A DNA stretch of 64,000 nucleotides from assembly GCF_018350175.1 (NCBI RefSeq), contig NC_058368.1, positions 149,980,001-150,044,000 of the forward strand, in the 5' to 3' direction. Numbering within the stretch: position 1 is the first letter of the stretch; every line of letters starts with the position of its first letter. Positions 51,747-64,000 of this stretch are shown here, in pieces. A program made the translations under genes and the position numbers. Source of the DNA: Felis catus (taxonomy: Eukaryota). Below the pieces are notes generated by a model, which was not told where the DNA came from, ran no database searches, and saw only the letters and a list, made by a program, of their open reading frames with translations.

Positions 51747-54700
51747 AAGACTAATTTTAGATGTAAAGACATCAAGAGATTGAAAGTGAGGGAGAATCAC
51801 CTATTATGCTAATGGATACCAAAAGAAAGCTGGAGTAGCCATACTTATATTGAAAAAACTAGATGTTAAATCAAAGATGGTAACAAGAGATGAAAAAGGT
51901 CAGTATATCATCATAAAGGGTTTTATCCTACAAGAAGATCTAACAATTATAAATACTTATGTTTCCAACTTGGAAGCACCCAAATATAGAAAACAATTAA
52001 TAACAAACATAAAGGTACTCATTGCTAACAATACAACAATAGTAGGGGACTTTAACACCCTACTTAGAACCATGGACAGATCATCTAAGCAGGAAATCAA
52101 CAAGGAAACAATGGCTTTGAGTGACATGGTGGACCAGATGTACTTAACAGATATATTCAGAACATTTCATTCTAATGCAGCAGAATACAAGTTCTTTTAG
52201 AGTACACATAGTACACTCCCCAGAATAGATCACATATTGGGTCACAAATCAGGCCTCATCAAGTACAAAGAGATTGAGATCATACTATGCATGTTTTTAG
52301 ACCACAACACTATGAAACTTGAAGTCAATCACAAGAACACTTTGGAAAGGCCACAAATACATGGAGGTTAAAGAACATCCTACTAAATAATGAATGGGTC
52401 AACCAGTAAATTAAAGAAGAAATTTAAAAATACATGAAGATGAGGGATAATGAAAACATGATGGTTCAAAATCTCTGGGATGCAGCAAAAGCAGTTATAA
52501 GAAGGAATCATACAGCAATACAGGCCTATCTCAGGAAGCAAGACAAATCTCAAATATACAACCTAACCTTACACCTAAAGGAGCTAGAAAAAGTACAACA
52601 AATGAAGCCTAAAGCTAGGAGAAGAAGGGAAATAATAAAGATTGAGCAGAAATAAATGATATAGAAACAAACAAATAAACAAACAATCAAAAGACAGTAA
52701 AACACATCATTGAAACCAGGGACCAGTTTTTTGAAGAAATTAATAAAATTGATAAACCCCTGGACAGACTTATCAAAAATAAAAGAGAAAAGAACCAAAT
52801 AAATAAAATCACAAAAGAATGAGAGAGGTGAGATCACAACCAATACCACACAAGTGTAAATAATTAGAGAGGATATGAAAAATTATATGCCAACAAACTG
52901 GGTAATCTGAAAGAAATGGATAACTTCCTAGAAACATATAAACTACCAAAATTGAAACAAGAAGAAATAGAAAATTTCAAAAGACTGATTGATAGCCAGC
53001 AAAGAAAGTGAATCAGTAATAAATTATCTCCAGCAAACCAAAGTCTAGGGTCAGATGACTTCCTAGGGGAATTTTACTCAATATTTAAAGAATAGTTAAT
53101 ACCTATTCTTTTAAAACTTTTAAAAAAATAGAAATGGAAGGAAAGCTTCCAAATTCATTCTATGAGGCCAGCATTACCCTGATTCCAAAACCATAAGAAG
53201 ACCACTAAAAAGCAGAACTACAAGCCAATATTGCTGATGAACACGGATGCAAAAATTCTCAACAAATATTAACAAACTGAATCCAACAGTATACTCAAAA
53301 ATCATTCGCCACAATCCAGTGGTATTTAATCCTGAACACGCTGCAAGGTTGATTCAGTATTTGCAAATCAATCAAGGTGATACACCATATTAATAAAAGA
53401 CAGGATATGAACCATATGATCCTGTCAATAGATACAGAAAAAGCATTTGACAAAGTACAGCATCCATTCTTGATAAAAACCCTCAACAAAGTAGGGATAG
53501 AGGGAACATACCTCAACATCACAAAGTCCATATATGAAAAACCAACAGTAGCATCATCAATGTGGAAAAACTGAAAGCTTTTCTTTGATGATCAGGAACA
53601 AGATAGGGATGTCCACTCTCATCACTGTTATTGAATATAGTATGGACAGTCTTAGTCTCAGTAATCAGACAGCAAAAAGAAATAAAGCCATCCAAATCAG
53701 CAAACTTTCACTATTTGCAGACAACATAATACTCTATGTAGAACATCTGAAAGACTCCACCAAAAAATGGTAGAACTGATACATGAATTCAGCAAAGTCA
53801 CAGGATACAAAATCAACATACAGAAATCTGTTGCTTATCTATACACCAATAATGAAAAAGAAGAAAGAGAAATCAAGGAATCAGTCCCATTTACAACTGC
53901 ACCAAAAATCATAAGATACCTAGGAATAAACCTAACCAAAAAGGTAAAAGATCTGTACTCTGAAAACTATACAACACTTATGAAAGAAATTGAAGATGAC
54001 ACAAAGAAATGGAAAGACATTCCATGCTCACGAATTAGAAGAACAAATATTGTTAAAATGTCTATACTACCCAAAGCAATCCACACATTAAATGCAATCC
54101 CTATCAAAATACCACCAGCATTTTCACAGAGCTGGAACAAACAATCTTAAAATTTGTATGGAGCCACAAAAGACTCTGAATAGCCAAAGCAATCTTGAAT
54201 GACAAAAGCAAAGATGGAGGCCTCACAATTCTGGACTTCAAATTATATTGCAAAGCTATAATGATGAAGACAGTATGATACTGCCACAAAAACAGACGAA
54301 GAAATCCATGGAACAGAATAGAAAATCCAGACTGTCCCCACAACTATATGGTCAACTAATCTTCAACAAAGCAGGAAAGAATATCCAATGAAAAAATATC
54401 GTCTCTTCAACAAATGGTATTGGAAAACTGGACAGAATCATGCCAAAGAATGAAGTTGGACCATTTTCTAACACCATACACAACAATAAATCTAAAATGG
54501 ATGAAAGAACTAAATGTGAGACAAGAAACCACCCAAATTTTAGAGGAGAAAACAGACATCAACGTCTTTGACCTAGGCTATAGCAACTTCTTACTAGTTG
54601 TACCTCTGGTGGCAAGGGAAACAAAAGCAAAAATGAACTATTGGGACTTCATCAAGATAAAAATTTACTACAAAGTGAAGGAAACAATCAACAAAAACAA

Positions 54701-55271
54701 AAGGCAACCTTTGGGATGTTAGAAGATATTTGCAAATGATGTATCTGATAAAAGGTCAGTATCCAAAAGATATAAAGAACTTATAAAATTCAACAGCCAA
54801 AACACAAATAATCCAGTGGAGAAATGGGCAGAAGACATGAATAGACATGTCACCAAAGAAGACATCCAGATGGCTAACACACTCATCAAAAGATACTCGA
54901 CATCACTCATCATCAGGGAAATACAAATCAAAACTACAATGAGATATCACCTCACACCTGTCAGAATGGCTAAAATTAACAACACAGGAAACAAGAGGTG
55001 TTGATGATGATGCAGGGAGAGGGGAACTCTTATACTGTTGGTTGGAATGCAAACAGGTGTAGCCACTCTGCCTAACAGTATGGAGGTTCTTGAAAAAGTT
55101 AAAAATAGAACTATCCTATGACCCAGCAATGGCACTACGAGGTATCACCCAAAGGATACAAAAATAATGATTTGAGGAGACACATGCACCCCAATATTTC
55201 TAATAGCATTATCAACAATACTCAAATTATGGAAAGAGCCCAAATATCCATTGACTGCTTAACGGATACAG

Positions 55272-55335
55272 TGGTGTGTGTGTATGTGTATGTGTGTGGT
55301 GTGTGTGTGTGTGTGTATACATACACACACATACA
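55272..55335. repeat. (TG)n/(CA)n in L1 3' region
   Basis: Direct observation. Confidence 0.9.
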
Positions 55336-56190
55336 ATGGAATATTATTCACCCCAAAAAAGAATGAAATCTTACCATTTGCAATGAGGTGGATGAAGCTA
55401 GTAATATTGTGCTAAACGAAGTCAGTCAGTCATGGAAAAAAAAATACCGTATGATTTTACTCATATGTGGAAACTAAGGAACAAAAAATCAAATGAGCAC
55501 CATGAGGAAAAAAGGCAAACCACAAAAATGACAGTAATTGTAGTGAAAAAACAGGGTTGATGCAGGGGAAGTCAGCAAGGGGAAGGTAAAATGAGTTAAA
55601 TGGGTGATGGGCATTAAGGAGGGCATTTGTGATGAACACTGGGTTTTGTATGTAAGTGATGAATCACTATATTCTGTACCTGAAACTAGTATTACACAGA
55701 ATGTTAACTAACTGGAAGTTAAATAATGCCTTGAAACTACATAAAAATTAAATAAAAAATAAAACAAAACCTAACAAGAGACAAATAAGGACATTACTTA
55801 ATGATAAAGGGATCAATCCAACAAGAGATGTAACAATTTTAAGTATCTATGCACCCAACACAGGACTATGTAAAGACATGAGGCAAATGTTAACTAAGAT
55901 AAAGGGAGAAACTGACAGTAATACTAACAGTAGGGGACTTTAACACCCTACCCTATCAATGGATACATAATCCAGACAGAATATGAATCAGAAAACAGTG
56001 GCTTTGAATGTCACATTAGACCAGATGAACCTAACATATATATACAGAACATTCCATCCCCAAACAGCAGAATATATACTCTTTTCAAGTACAAATGGAA
56101 CATTCTACAGAATAGATCACATACTAGGCCTCAAAATCACTCTCAATAAAATTAAAAATACTGAAATCATAATAAGCATCTTTTTCCTCT

Positions 56191-56786
56191 AAACAAAAAA
56201 AGCAAGCAAGGAAAGGAGTAGGAGTAGGAGTAGGAGTAGGAGTAGGAAAGGAAGGGAAAGGGAAGAGGAAAGGGAAAGGGAAAGGGAAAGGGAAAGGGAA
56301 AGGGAAAGGGAAAGGGAAAGGGAAAGGGAAAGGGAAAGGGAAAGGGAAAGGGAAGGGAAGGGAAGGGAAGGGAAGGGAAAGGAAAGGAAAGGAAAGGAAG
56401 GGAAGGGAAGGGAAGGGAAGGGAAGGGAAGGGAAGGGAAGGGAAGGGAAGGGAAGGGAAGGGAAAGGAAAGGAAAGGAAAGGAAAGGAAAGGAAAGGAAA
56501 GGAAAGGAAAGGAAGGGAAGGGAAGGGAAGGGAAGGGAAGGGAAGGGAAGGGAAGGGAAGGGAAGGGAAGGGAAAGGAAAGGAAAGGAAAGGAAAGGAAA
56601 GGAAAGGAAAGGAAAGGAAAGGAAAGGAAGGAAAGAAGAGAAAACAAGAAAGAAAAGAAGAGAAGAAAAGAGAAAACAGAAAATAGAGAAGAGAAAAGAA
56701 AAGAAAAGAAAAAAGAAAAGAAAAGAAAAGAAAAGAAAAGAAAAGAAAAGAAAAGAAAAGAAAAGAAAAGAAAAGAAAAGAAAAGA
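56191..56786. repeat. ~600-bp compound purine repeat: (AGTAGG)n,(GGGAAA)n,(AAGGG)n,(AAAGG)n,(AAAAG)n
   Basis: Direct observation; no pyrimidine between 56244 and 56644. Confidence 0.97.
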
Positions 56787-57039
56787 GGCACTTTGGTGGA
56801 TCAGTTGAGCATCTGACTTTTGATTCAGCTCAGGTCACTCTCCCAGAGTCATGAGATTGAGCCCTACATCAGATTCCTCACTGAGCATCAGGCCTACTTA
56901 AGATTCTCTCTCTGTCTCTCTCTGTCTCTGTCTCTGTCTCTGTCTCTCTCCCTCTCTCTCCCCCCCTGCCTCCCACTGCCCCTCTCCCCTACTCACACAT
57001 GCTTTCTCTGTAAACAAAAAAAAGAGAAGAATGGAAAAA
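56787..57039 (+). mobile_element. Older Can-SINE
   Basis: ggcactttggtggatcagttgagc head, (CTCTGT)n tract, A tail. Confidence 0.9.
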
Positions 57040-57623
57040 AATAAGTATCTTTTCCAACCACAACAGTATGGATTTATGAAACAATTACAAGGATAAAATG
57101 AAAAAACCCACAAACATACAGAGGCTAAGCAACATGCTACTAAAATGCAGTAGATCGACAAAGAAAACAATGAGGAAATCAGAAGTACATGGGAACCAAT
57201 GAAAATGAAAATACAACAGTCCAAAATCTTTGGGACACAGCAAAGGGAGTTCTATATGGGAAGTTTAATGTGATACAAGACCTCCCTCAAGACACCATAA
57301 GAAAAAAATCTCAGGTAAAAAATCTAATCTTACACCTAAAGGAACTAAAAAAAGAGGAACAAACAAAGCTTAAAGTTAGTAGAATGAAGAAAATAACAAA
57401 GATCAAACCAGAAATAAATGAAATACAGACTAGAAAATAATAGAAAAGATTAAGGAAACCAAAACTGGTTCTTTGAAAAAACAAACGTGATACACCTTTA
57501 GACAGCTTCATTAATAAATAGAGAGGACTCAAATAAAATCAGAAATCAGAGCGGGAATTAGAACTAACACCATATAAATACAAAGGATTATAAAATACTG
57601 CTATGAAAAACTATATGCCAACA

Positions 57624-58049
57624 GCTTCCTTTTCATCTAGGGACTGGCAGAATGGCTCTTGCAAAGAAGGGTGTGCAGAATAAGAATGGCTGTTCTGCCA
57701 TCAATGTGGTAGTGACCACAGAATACAACATCAACATTCACAAGTGCATCCATGGATTTCAAGAAGTGTGTCCCTCAGACACTCAAAGAGATCCAGAAAT
57801 TTGCCATGAAGGAGATGGGCACTCCAAAAGTGTACATTGACACCATGCTCAACAAAGCTGTGTGGGCCGTAGGAATAGGAATATTTCATAATATATCTGT
57901 GTGCAGTTGTCCAGAAAACATGATAAGGATAAATATTTATCAAACAAACTCTATACATTGGTTACCTGTCACCACTTACAAAAATCTATAGTTCATGTGG
58001 ATGAAAAGTAGCCACTGATTATCAAATGAAGGCACAAAACTGAAAAAAC
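57624..58049 (+). pseudogene. RPL31: Processed pseudogene of 60S ribosomal protein L31 (eL31)
   Basis: MALAKKG...[21 protein letters not shown] / FKK...[28 protein letters not shown] match RPL31; intronless, frameshifted; TOP-like cttcctttt 5' end; short A tail; perfect TSD aaactatatgccaaca (57608-57623 / 58050-58065). Confidence 0.96.
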
Positions 58050-60585
58050 AAACTATATGCCAACAAATCGAACAACCTAGAAGAAATGGAGTAATTCCTA
58101 GAAAAATACAATCTTCTAAAACTGAATCAGATATAAATAGAAAATCTGAACAGACCAACGACTAGTAACAAAATTGAATTGGTAATCAAAAAACTCCCCA
58201 CAAACAAAAGTCCAGGCCCAGATGGGTTTATAGGTGAATTCTAATAAATATTTAAGCAAGAATTAACACTTATTCTTCTCAAATTATTCCATCAATAATA
58301 GAAGAGGTAGGAAATCTTCCAAATTCATTCTATGAGTCCAGAAATAACCTGCTACCAAAACCATATAAAGACACTACAAAACAAGCAAAACCCACAAAAA
58401 CTACAAGCCAATATATCTAATAGGCAGAGATGCAAAAATCCTCAATAAAATATTAGCAAAATGAATTCAATAAGAAGTTAAAAAATAATACACAATAATC
58501 AAGTGGAATTTATTCAGGGATACAAAAATTAATCAATAGTATATATCACATAAACAATGTGAAGAATAAGAATCATATGATCATCTCAAAAGATGGAGAA
58601 AAAGCATTTGTTGATTTTTTAAAAGGCATTTAACATGTATTCATGTTAAAACACTAAAAAATAAATGGGTTTATAGGGAACATGCCTCAGTGAAGGCCAC
58701 ATATGGCAAACCCACAGCTAATGTCATTTTCAGTGTTGAAAATCTGAAAGCTTTTCTTCTAATCTCAGGAAAAAAGCAAGGATGGCTACTCTCACTACTT
58801 TTATTCAACACAGTACTGGAAGCCCTAGCCGTAGCATTTGGGCATTCAGAAAAGAAAAAGAAATAAAATTCATCCAGATTAATAAGGAGGAAGTAAAACT
58901 TACAATATTTGCAGATGACATGATACTATATATAAAGCCCTAAAGACTCCACAAAAAACTCATAGGATTAATAATGAATTCGGTAAAGTTGCAGGAGACA
59001 AAATACACAGAAATGTGCTGCATTTCTATACACTAATAATAAAGTAGCAGAAATAAATTTAAAGAAACAAAGTTTCAATTGCACCAAAAGGAATAAAATA
59101 CATAGGAATAAATTTAACCGAGGAGGTGAAAGACCTACACTCTGAAAACTGTAAGACATTGATGAAATAAACCGAAGGTGATGTAAACAAATGGAAGGAT
59201 ATTCCATGCTCATGGATTAGAAGAACCAATATTCTTAAAATGTCCATACTACCAAAAGCAATCTGCAGATTCATTGCAATCCCTATCAAAATTCTACTGG
59301 AATTTTTGACAGAATTAAAGCAAATAATTCCAAAATTTGTACAGAATCACAAAAGACTGTATAGCCAAAGTAATCTTGAGAAAGAAGAACAAAGCCACAA
59401 ATATCACAGTACCAGACTTCAAAATACATGACAAAGCTACATCAATCAAAACAGTATGATACTGACACAAAAATCGAAACATAAATCAATCAACAGGATA
59501 GAAAGTACAGAAATAAACCCTTGCTTATATTATCTATTAATCTATGACAAAGGAGGCAAAAATATACTATGGAGAAAAGACAGTCTCTTCAATAAATGAT
59601 ACTAGGAAAACTGGACATCTATGTACAAAAGAAACAAAACTGGATCATTTTCTTACAGCATACACAGAAATAAACTCCAAATGATTTAAAGAGCTAAAAG
59701 TGAGACATGAAACCATAAAAATTCCTGAAAGAAAACAGGTAGTAATCTCTTGGACATCAGCCTTGACAACATATTTATGAATTTGTTTCCTCAGTTAAGG
59801 GAAACAAAAGCAAAATTCCTGAGACCACACCAAAATAGAAAGCTTTTGCACAACAAAGGAAACAAAATGAAAAGGCAAACTACTGAACGAAGAAGATACT
59901 TGCAAATGATATATTCAATAAGGGGTTAATACCCAAATATATAAAAAACTTATAGAACTCAACAACAACAAAAGAATGCAATTAAAAAAAATGGGAAGGC
60001 ATTTTTTTGGAAAAATAGACATTTTTCCAAAGAAGGCATACAGATGGCCAACAGATCCTGGTGCAAAAATGGTCAACATCACTAATCATCAGAAAAATGC
60101 AAATCAAAACCATTGTTAGATGACCTCACACCAGTCAGAATAGCTAGTATTGAAAAGAAACAATGAGTGTTGGAGAAGATATGGAGAAAAGGGAAAGCTT
60201 ATACAGTACATTGTTGGCAGGAATATAAAATTCGTGAAACCGATATGGAAAACAGTATGGATTATCCTGAAAATACTAAACATAAAAATATCATACAATC
60301 CAATAATTCTACTACTAGGTATTTATCTATGGGAAACAAAAACAGATATATGAACCACTATGTTCATTGCAGGCTTATTTACAATAGCCAAGATATGGAA
60401 GCAACTCAAATGAACATAAATAGATGAATGGATAAAAAGAGTATGTGTATGTATGTGTGTGTGTGTGTATATATACACACACACATAACTCAGCCATGAA
60501 ACAATTACATCTTACCACTTGTGACAACATGGATGGATATAAGGGGTGTTACACTGAGTGAAATAAATCAGAAAATGAAATACAA

Positions 60586-60636
60586 CTGGGTGTTGTATGG
60601 AAACCAATTTGACAATAAATTTCATATTAAAAAAAG
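60586..60636 (+). mobile_element. ~50-bp felid L1 3' tip
   Basis: ctgggtgttgtatggaaaccaatttgacaataaatttcatattaaaaaaa; TSD gaaaatgaaa(t/g)acaa (60571-60585 / 60637-60651). Confidence 0.92.
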
Positions 60637-61370
60637 GAAAATGAAAGACAAATATCATATGATTTCACTTATATGTGGGATATAAAACACAAATCACATG
60701 GATAAACAACCAAATGGAAATGGACATATAAATACAGAGAACTGGTAGTTGCCAGAGGGTAGGGGTGGAAGATGGGTGAAAAAGGTGAAGAGGATTCAGA
60801 AGTACAAACTTTCTGTTATAAAATTAGTCATGGAGATGAAAAGTACACAATGGGGAATATAGTCAATAATATTGAACTAACATTGTATGGAGACAGATGG
60901 TGACTGCACTTAGCACAGTGATGTTGGATAATGTGTAGAATTTCAAGATTCGTATGTTATATACCTGAAACTAATATAACACTGTATGTCAATTCTAATA
61001 AAAATAAATAAAAACACAGTAAGATATCACCTTATCCCTGCCAGAACGTCTAATGAGAAATAAATATTGGTTGAGGATGTGGAGAAAAAGGAATCCTCAT
61101 GCAATGTTGGTGGGAATGTAAATTAGTACAACAACTATGGAAAATGGTATTGAAGTTCCTCAAAAAAATAAAGAGAGAGCTACCATATGATCCAGCAGTT
61201 CCATTACAGAGTAACTACCTAAAGAAAATGAAAACATAAATTCAAAATGTACATGCACTTTTATGTTCACTGCAGCATCTTTTTCCAATAGCCAAGATAT
61301 GGAAACAACCTGTGTCCATCAATGGATCAATAGATTATATAATTACATATATATAATCTTATACCTACGT

Positions 61371-61372
<2 letters not shown>

Positions 61373-61418
<46 letters not shown>
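61373..61418. repeat. (CA)n microsatellite
   Basis: Direct observation. Confidence 0.97.
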
Positions 61419-61420
<2 letters not shown>

Positions 61421-64000
61421 CACATGGAATACTACTCAGCCATAAAACAAAATGCAATTTTGCCATTTGCAGCAACATTGATGGACCTTGAGGGTATTAT
61501 GGTAAGTGAAATAAGTCAGAGAAAGGCAAAAATTACATGACTTCACTTATATGTGGAAGCTATAAAGCAAAACAAACCTATCAAACCAGAACCCTAACTG
61601 ACAGTTACAGAGAAAAGATTGGTGGTTGCCAAAGAGGAAGGGGATGGAGAGGGGGAAAATGGATGGAAGTACAAACTTCCACTTATAAAATCATTAAGTA
61701 ATGTGTATGTCACATAGAGCCTTGGGGAAATAGCCCCTGATACATTAACTTTTTAAGGTAAACAGATGGTAACTAAATTTATTGTGGTAATCATCTTGCA
61801 ATGCATACAAATGTTGAATCACTATGTTGTATATCTAAAATGAATACGATATTGTATGTCAATCACACCTCAAGAAGTTTTAAAAAACTCAGAGATTTGT
61901 GAAAAGGTATCCAGATAAAGGGAAGCTTACATGAGCCTCTCTTCAGTAATTGCTGGCATGGGAAGATAACAAAAAATGAAACACTGGCATGCACACTACA
62001 TGGAAGGTTATGAATTAAGAAACATTAGTAATAAGGAAAAATAAAGGCTTTTGCTATTTCATTAGCAAGACTTGATTTCTTATCTCTGTTTTGGTTCAGA
62101 ACCACTCTGTGGCTCTGGCTCTTCTATGACCTACCGGCCTTTTGTTTTCTTTCTAACCTCCAGTGCCCATTCACTCTGTCTTTTCTCTTTATCATTTTTC
62201 TCTTCTTTTCCTTCTCTTCCACTAATACTCTTACACAAATTTCTTTCTGTTACCATAGAAATTAGTGTTTTTGCATATCATCTGGACTTTCAGGAGATTG
62301 ATTTGATGATTATGTTGATGACCTACTGGTCTAATCAATTCAAAGGCAACCAAGAATACATTTTGGCCATATCTGTAATTCCTGTACTAGATGAAATGAA
62401 CCCATCAGTCAAATAAAAGACTTAGAGAAACGAAGACTCCAAATCTAAAGATATTTTTACTTAAGCACATTCCTTAGTTATCAAGGAAATTTTGCTATTC
62501 TCGAAAGTTGGCTAGAGTGTCTCTCAACTCAAAAACAAAGCATGCAAATTGATAGTTCATGTAGCCTCATAGCCGCAAATATTGTTTTCCTATGCTATGA
62601 ATGTGTAATTCTTTCTTGAAATTTGCTGAGGTATTTGCCTCACTAAAATCCTGTGGAAATGAGTGCTGTAGATTTATTAGGCACTCCATAGAAATGTATT
62701 TCCTTTGTGTTTTAAATTAGTTGCATTTTAATGTCATTGAACATGCCCTTGTTCTTGTTTCCATTTGTGGTCTTGCATCCAGTGGGAATTTATAGGGCTC
62801 AGATTTATTTAAATTATGCTGATGTATTTGATCTTTCAACATACAGTGCATGGTAAAAATGGGTGTCTGTCCATATTCATAAATGAAATATGAGGGAAAA
62901 GGCAGGCTGATAAATTCTCCACTAAATCAGGTTTAATTAGATATCAAAAAGGGATAAAGCCTGGCAAAGTTTCTACTCTAAGTGTTACAGAGATCTAAGA
63001 TCAGGAAACGAAAATAGATATTCAAATGTGTATTATAAAACATTTTCTTGAATTTTATAGGTGACAAAGCAAGAACATACTTTTAATTCAGCCAATCCAC
63101 TTGTTGAGCAATAACTTCCTCTTCATTAATTCTTCCAATTTCACTTTATAAGTAGCTTAGGAAAACCTCTCCACCCACCCAAAAGATTATTAAGCTTGTA
63201 AAATACCATCATGCTTGCCTACGCTAGGCCTTAGGAATTATAGAAATATTATCAGCGACCCAAAGTTGACATAGCTATGTTTCTGCTTTTGGAATTTGGG
63301 CATAATTTGATGCATTTCTAAAACACAGTGTGGAAATCAATTCTTATGTTTGGTATGGAGGGGTTGCTTGCTAATTAAAAAAATAAGACAACAAATTCAT
63401 GACATGAAATAGTCTTTTTAAAATAAACAATAACCTCTTAATTTGTGTTTTGCACATATTAGATATTATTTTTATATACTGTGCTTACTGTGAGATACAG
63501 TCTTGCAAGTTTCAAGGATCCATGTACCTATGCACAAAAGGACATTTCCTTGTTACAAAGGCATACATTGGCCCTTTTCACTTTCTCCATGTGTCTGTCC
63601 ACTCTTTTCATCTGTGTTCTTCCAAAACAGATGAGTGAGAAAAAAAATCAAAGTGTCATTAAAATAGTTGTAGGTGTTGGAGGGATATATCCAAATGTGT
63701 GCTGGAAAAAATATCATGTGTACCTCCTATTCCATTTGCTCCCTTGTTCACCCTTCAACCTCCTCTCTCTTGTCCTCATACATCATCTTTTGCCAGGAGA
63801 TTTAAGACATGACACATATGAGTGGAGTTAGCTGTAACTAAAGCTGCTGAAATTGTGCTTGTGGTTCTTCTCCATATCTCTTTACTAACTATAAAAATAA
63901 ACATAGACTGAAATTTAGGGGTCAACAAATATGTTAAATATCATAACTTTATTTTAAAACATAGCAAATTCAGTGTATTATGACGGAAAGTCTTTTAATA

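Larger units (their letters stand above)
48686..55760 (+). mobile_element. L1-C: full-length decayed L1 nested in L1-B ORF2
   Basis: 5'UTR; ORF1 remnant (NPEFRATIIRIL...ISDIEDK); ORF2 remnants (IVGDFNT, LSLFADNIILY); 3'UTR; degenerate TSD aaacaaagact / aaacaaaacct; host resumes aacaagagacaaa. Confidence 0.9.
45729..61009 (+). mobile_element. L1-B: full-length L1 nested in L1-A (45729-48685, 55761-61009)
   Basis: 5' start ggggcatccaagatgg; tandem 5'UTR units ~46480-46990; ORF1 remnant ~47110-48000; ORF2 from 48466; degenerate TSD aaaaccataatgaaat / aaaaacacagtaagat. Confidence 0.85.
33603..61875 (+). mobile_element. L1-A: old full-length L1 in pieces (33603-40970, 45525-45728, 61010-61875); host of all nested elements
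   Basis: 5'UTR start (aagatagcagtgtag...gaactcacctcct); ORF1 remnant ~35860-36730; ORF2 from ~37195; collinear resumption after each insertion; 3' end attgtatgtcaatcacacctcaa. Confidence 0.85.

Noticed and set aside
48686..55760. Potentially active L1
   Set aside because: ORF1 and ORF2 broken by many stops, frameshifts and a SINE insertion
56189..56791. 200-aa F/S/L/P-rich ORF (similarly 13317-13707)
   Set aside because: Microsatellite translation
1..64000. CRISPR arrays, operons, rRNA, NUMT or non-retroviral viral inserts
   Set aside because: Mammalian repeat-rich DNA; no such signatures recognised

Overview
Repeat-dense, AT-rich mammalian genomic DNA, almost certainly from a felid (cat-like), judged by tRNA-derived Can-SINEs with felid-type heads and carnivore/felid-type L1 3' ends. 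I found no functional protein-coding exon. Essentially all ORFs in the track come from SINEs, microsatellites, decayed L1 ORF1/ORF2 or chance. The only recognisable cellular gene sequence is a disrupted RPL31 processed pseudogene (57624-58049, 16-bp TSD). The right half (~33.6-61.9 kb) is one nested compound. It comprises three co-oriented, essentially full-length L1s inside each other, plus a solo LTR, a Tigger1-type transposon, an internally deleted antisense L1, about eight SINEs, L1 3' tips and the pseudogene, and most can be ordered by TSDs. The repeat-poor island at ~26.3-32.1 kb has clustered octamer motifs and a CpG-retaining minus-strand promoter/first-exon candidate at ~29.6-30.0 kb. 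Other oddities: an ERV LTR that appears to contain much older MER5 DNA, a ~48-bp local copy of a Tigger 'empty site', and an AAAAG/AAAGG/AAGGG purine ladder. Family names come from my recall of consensus sequences, not from a database search.
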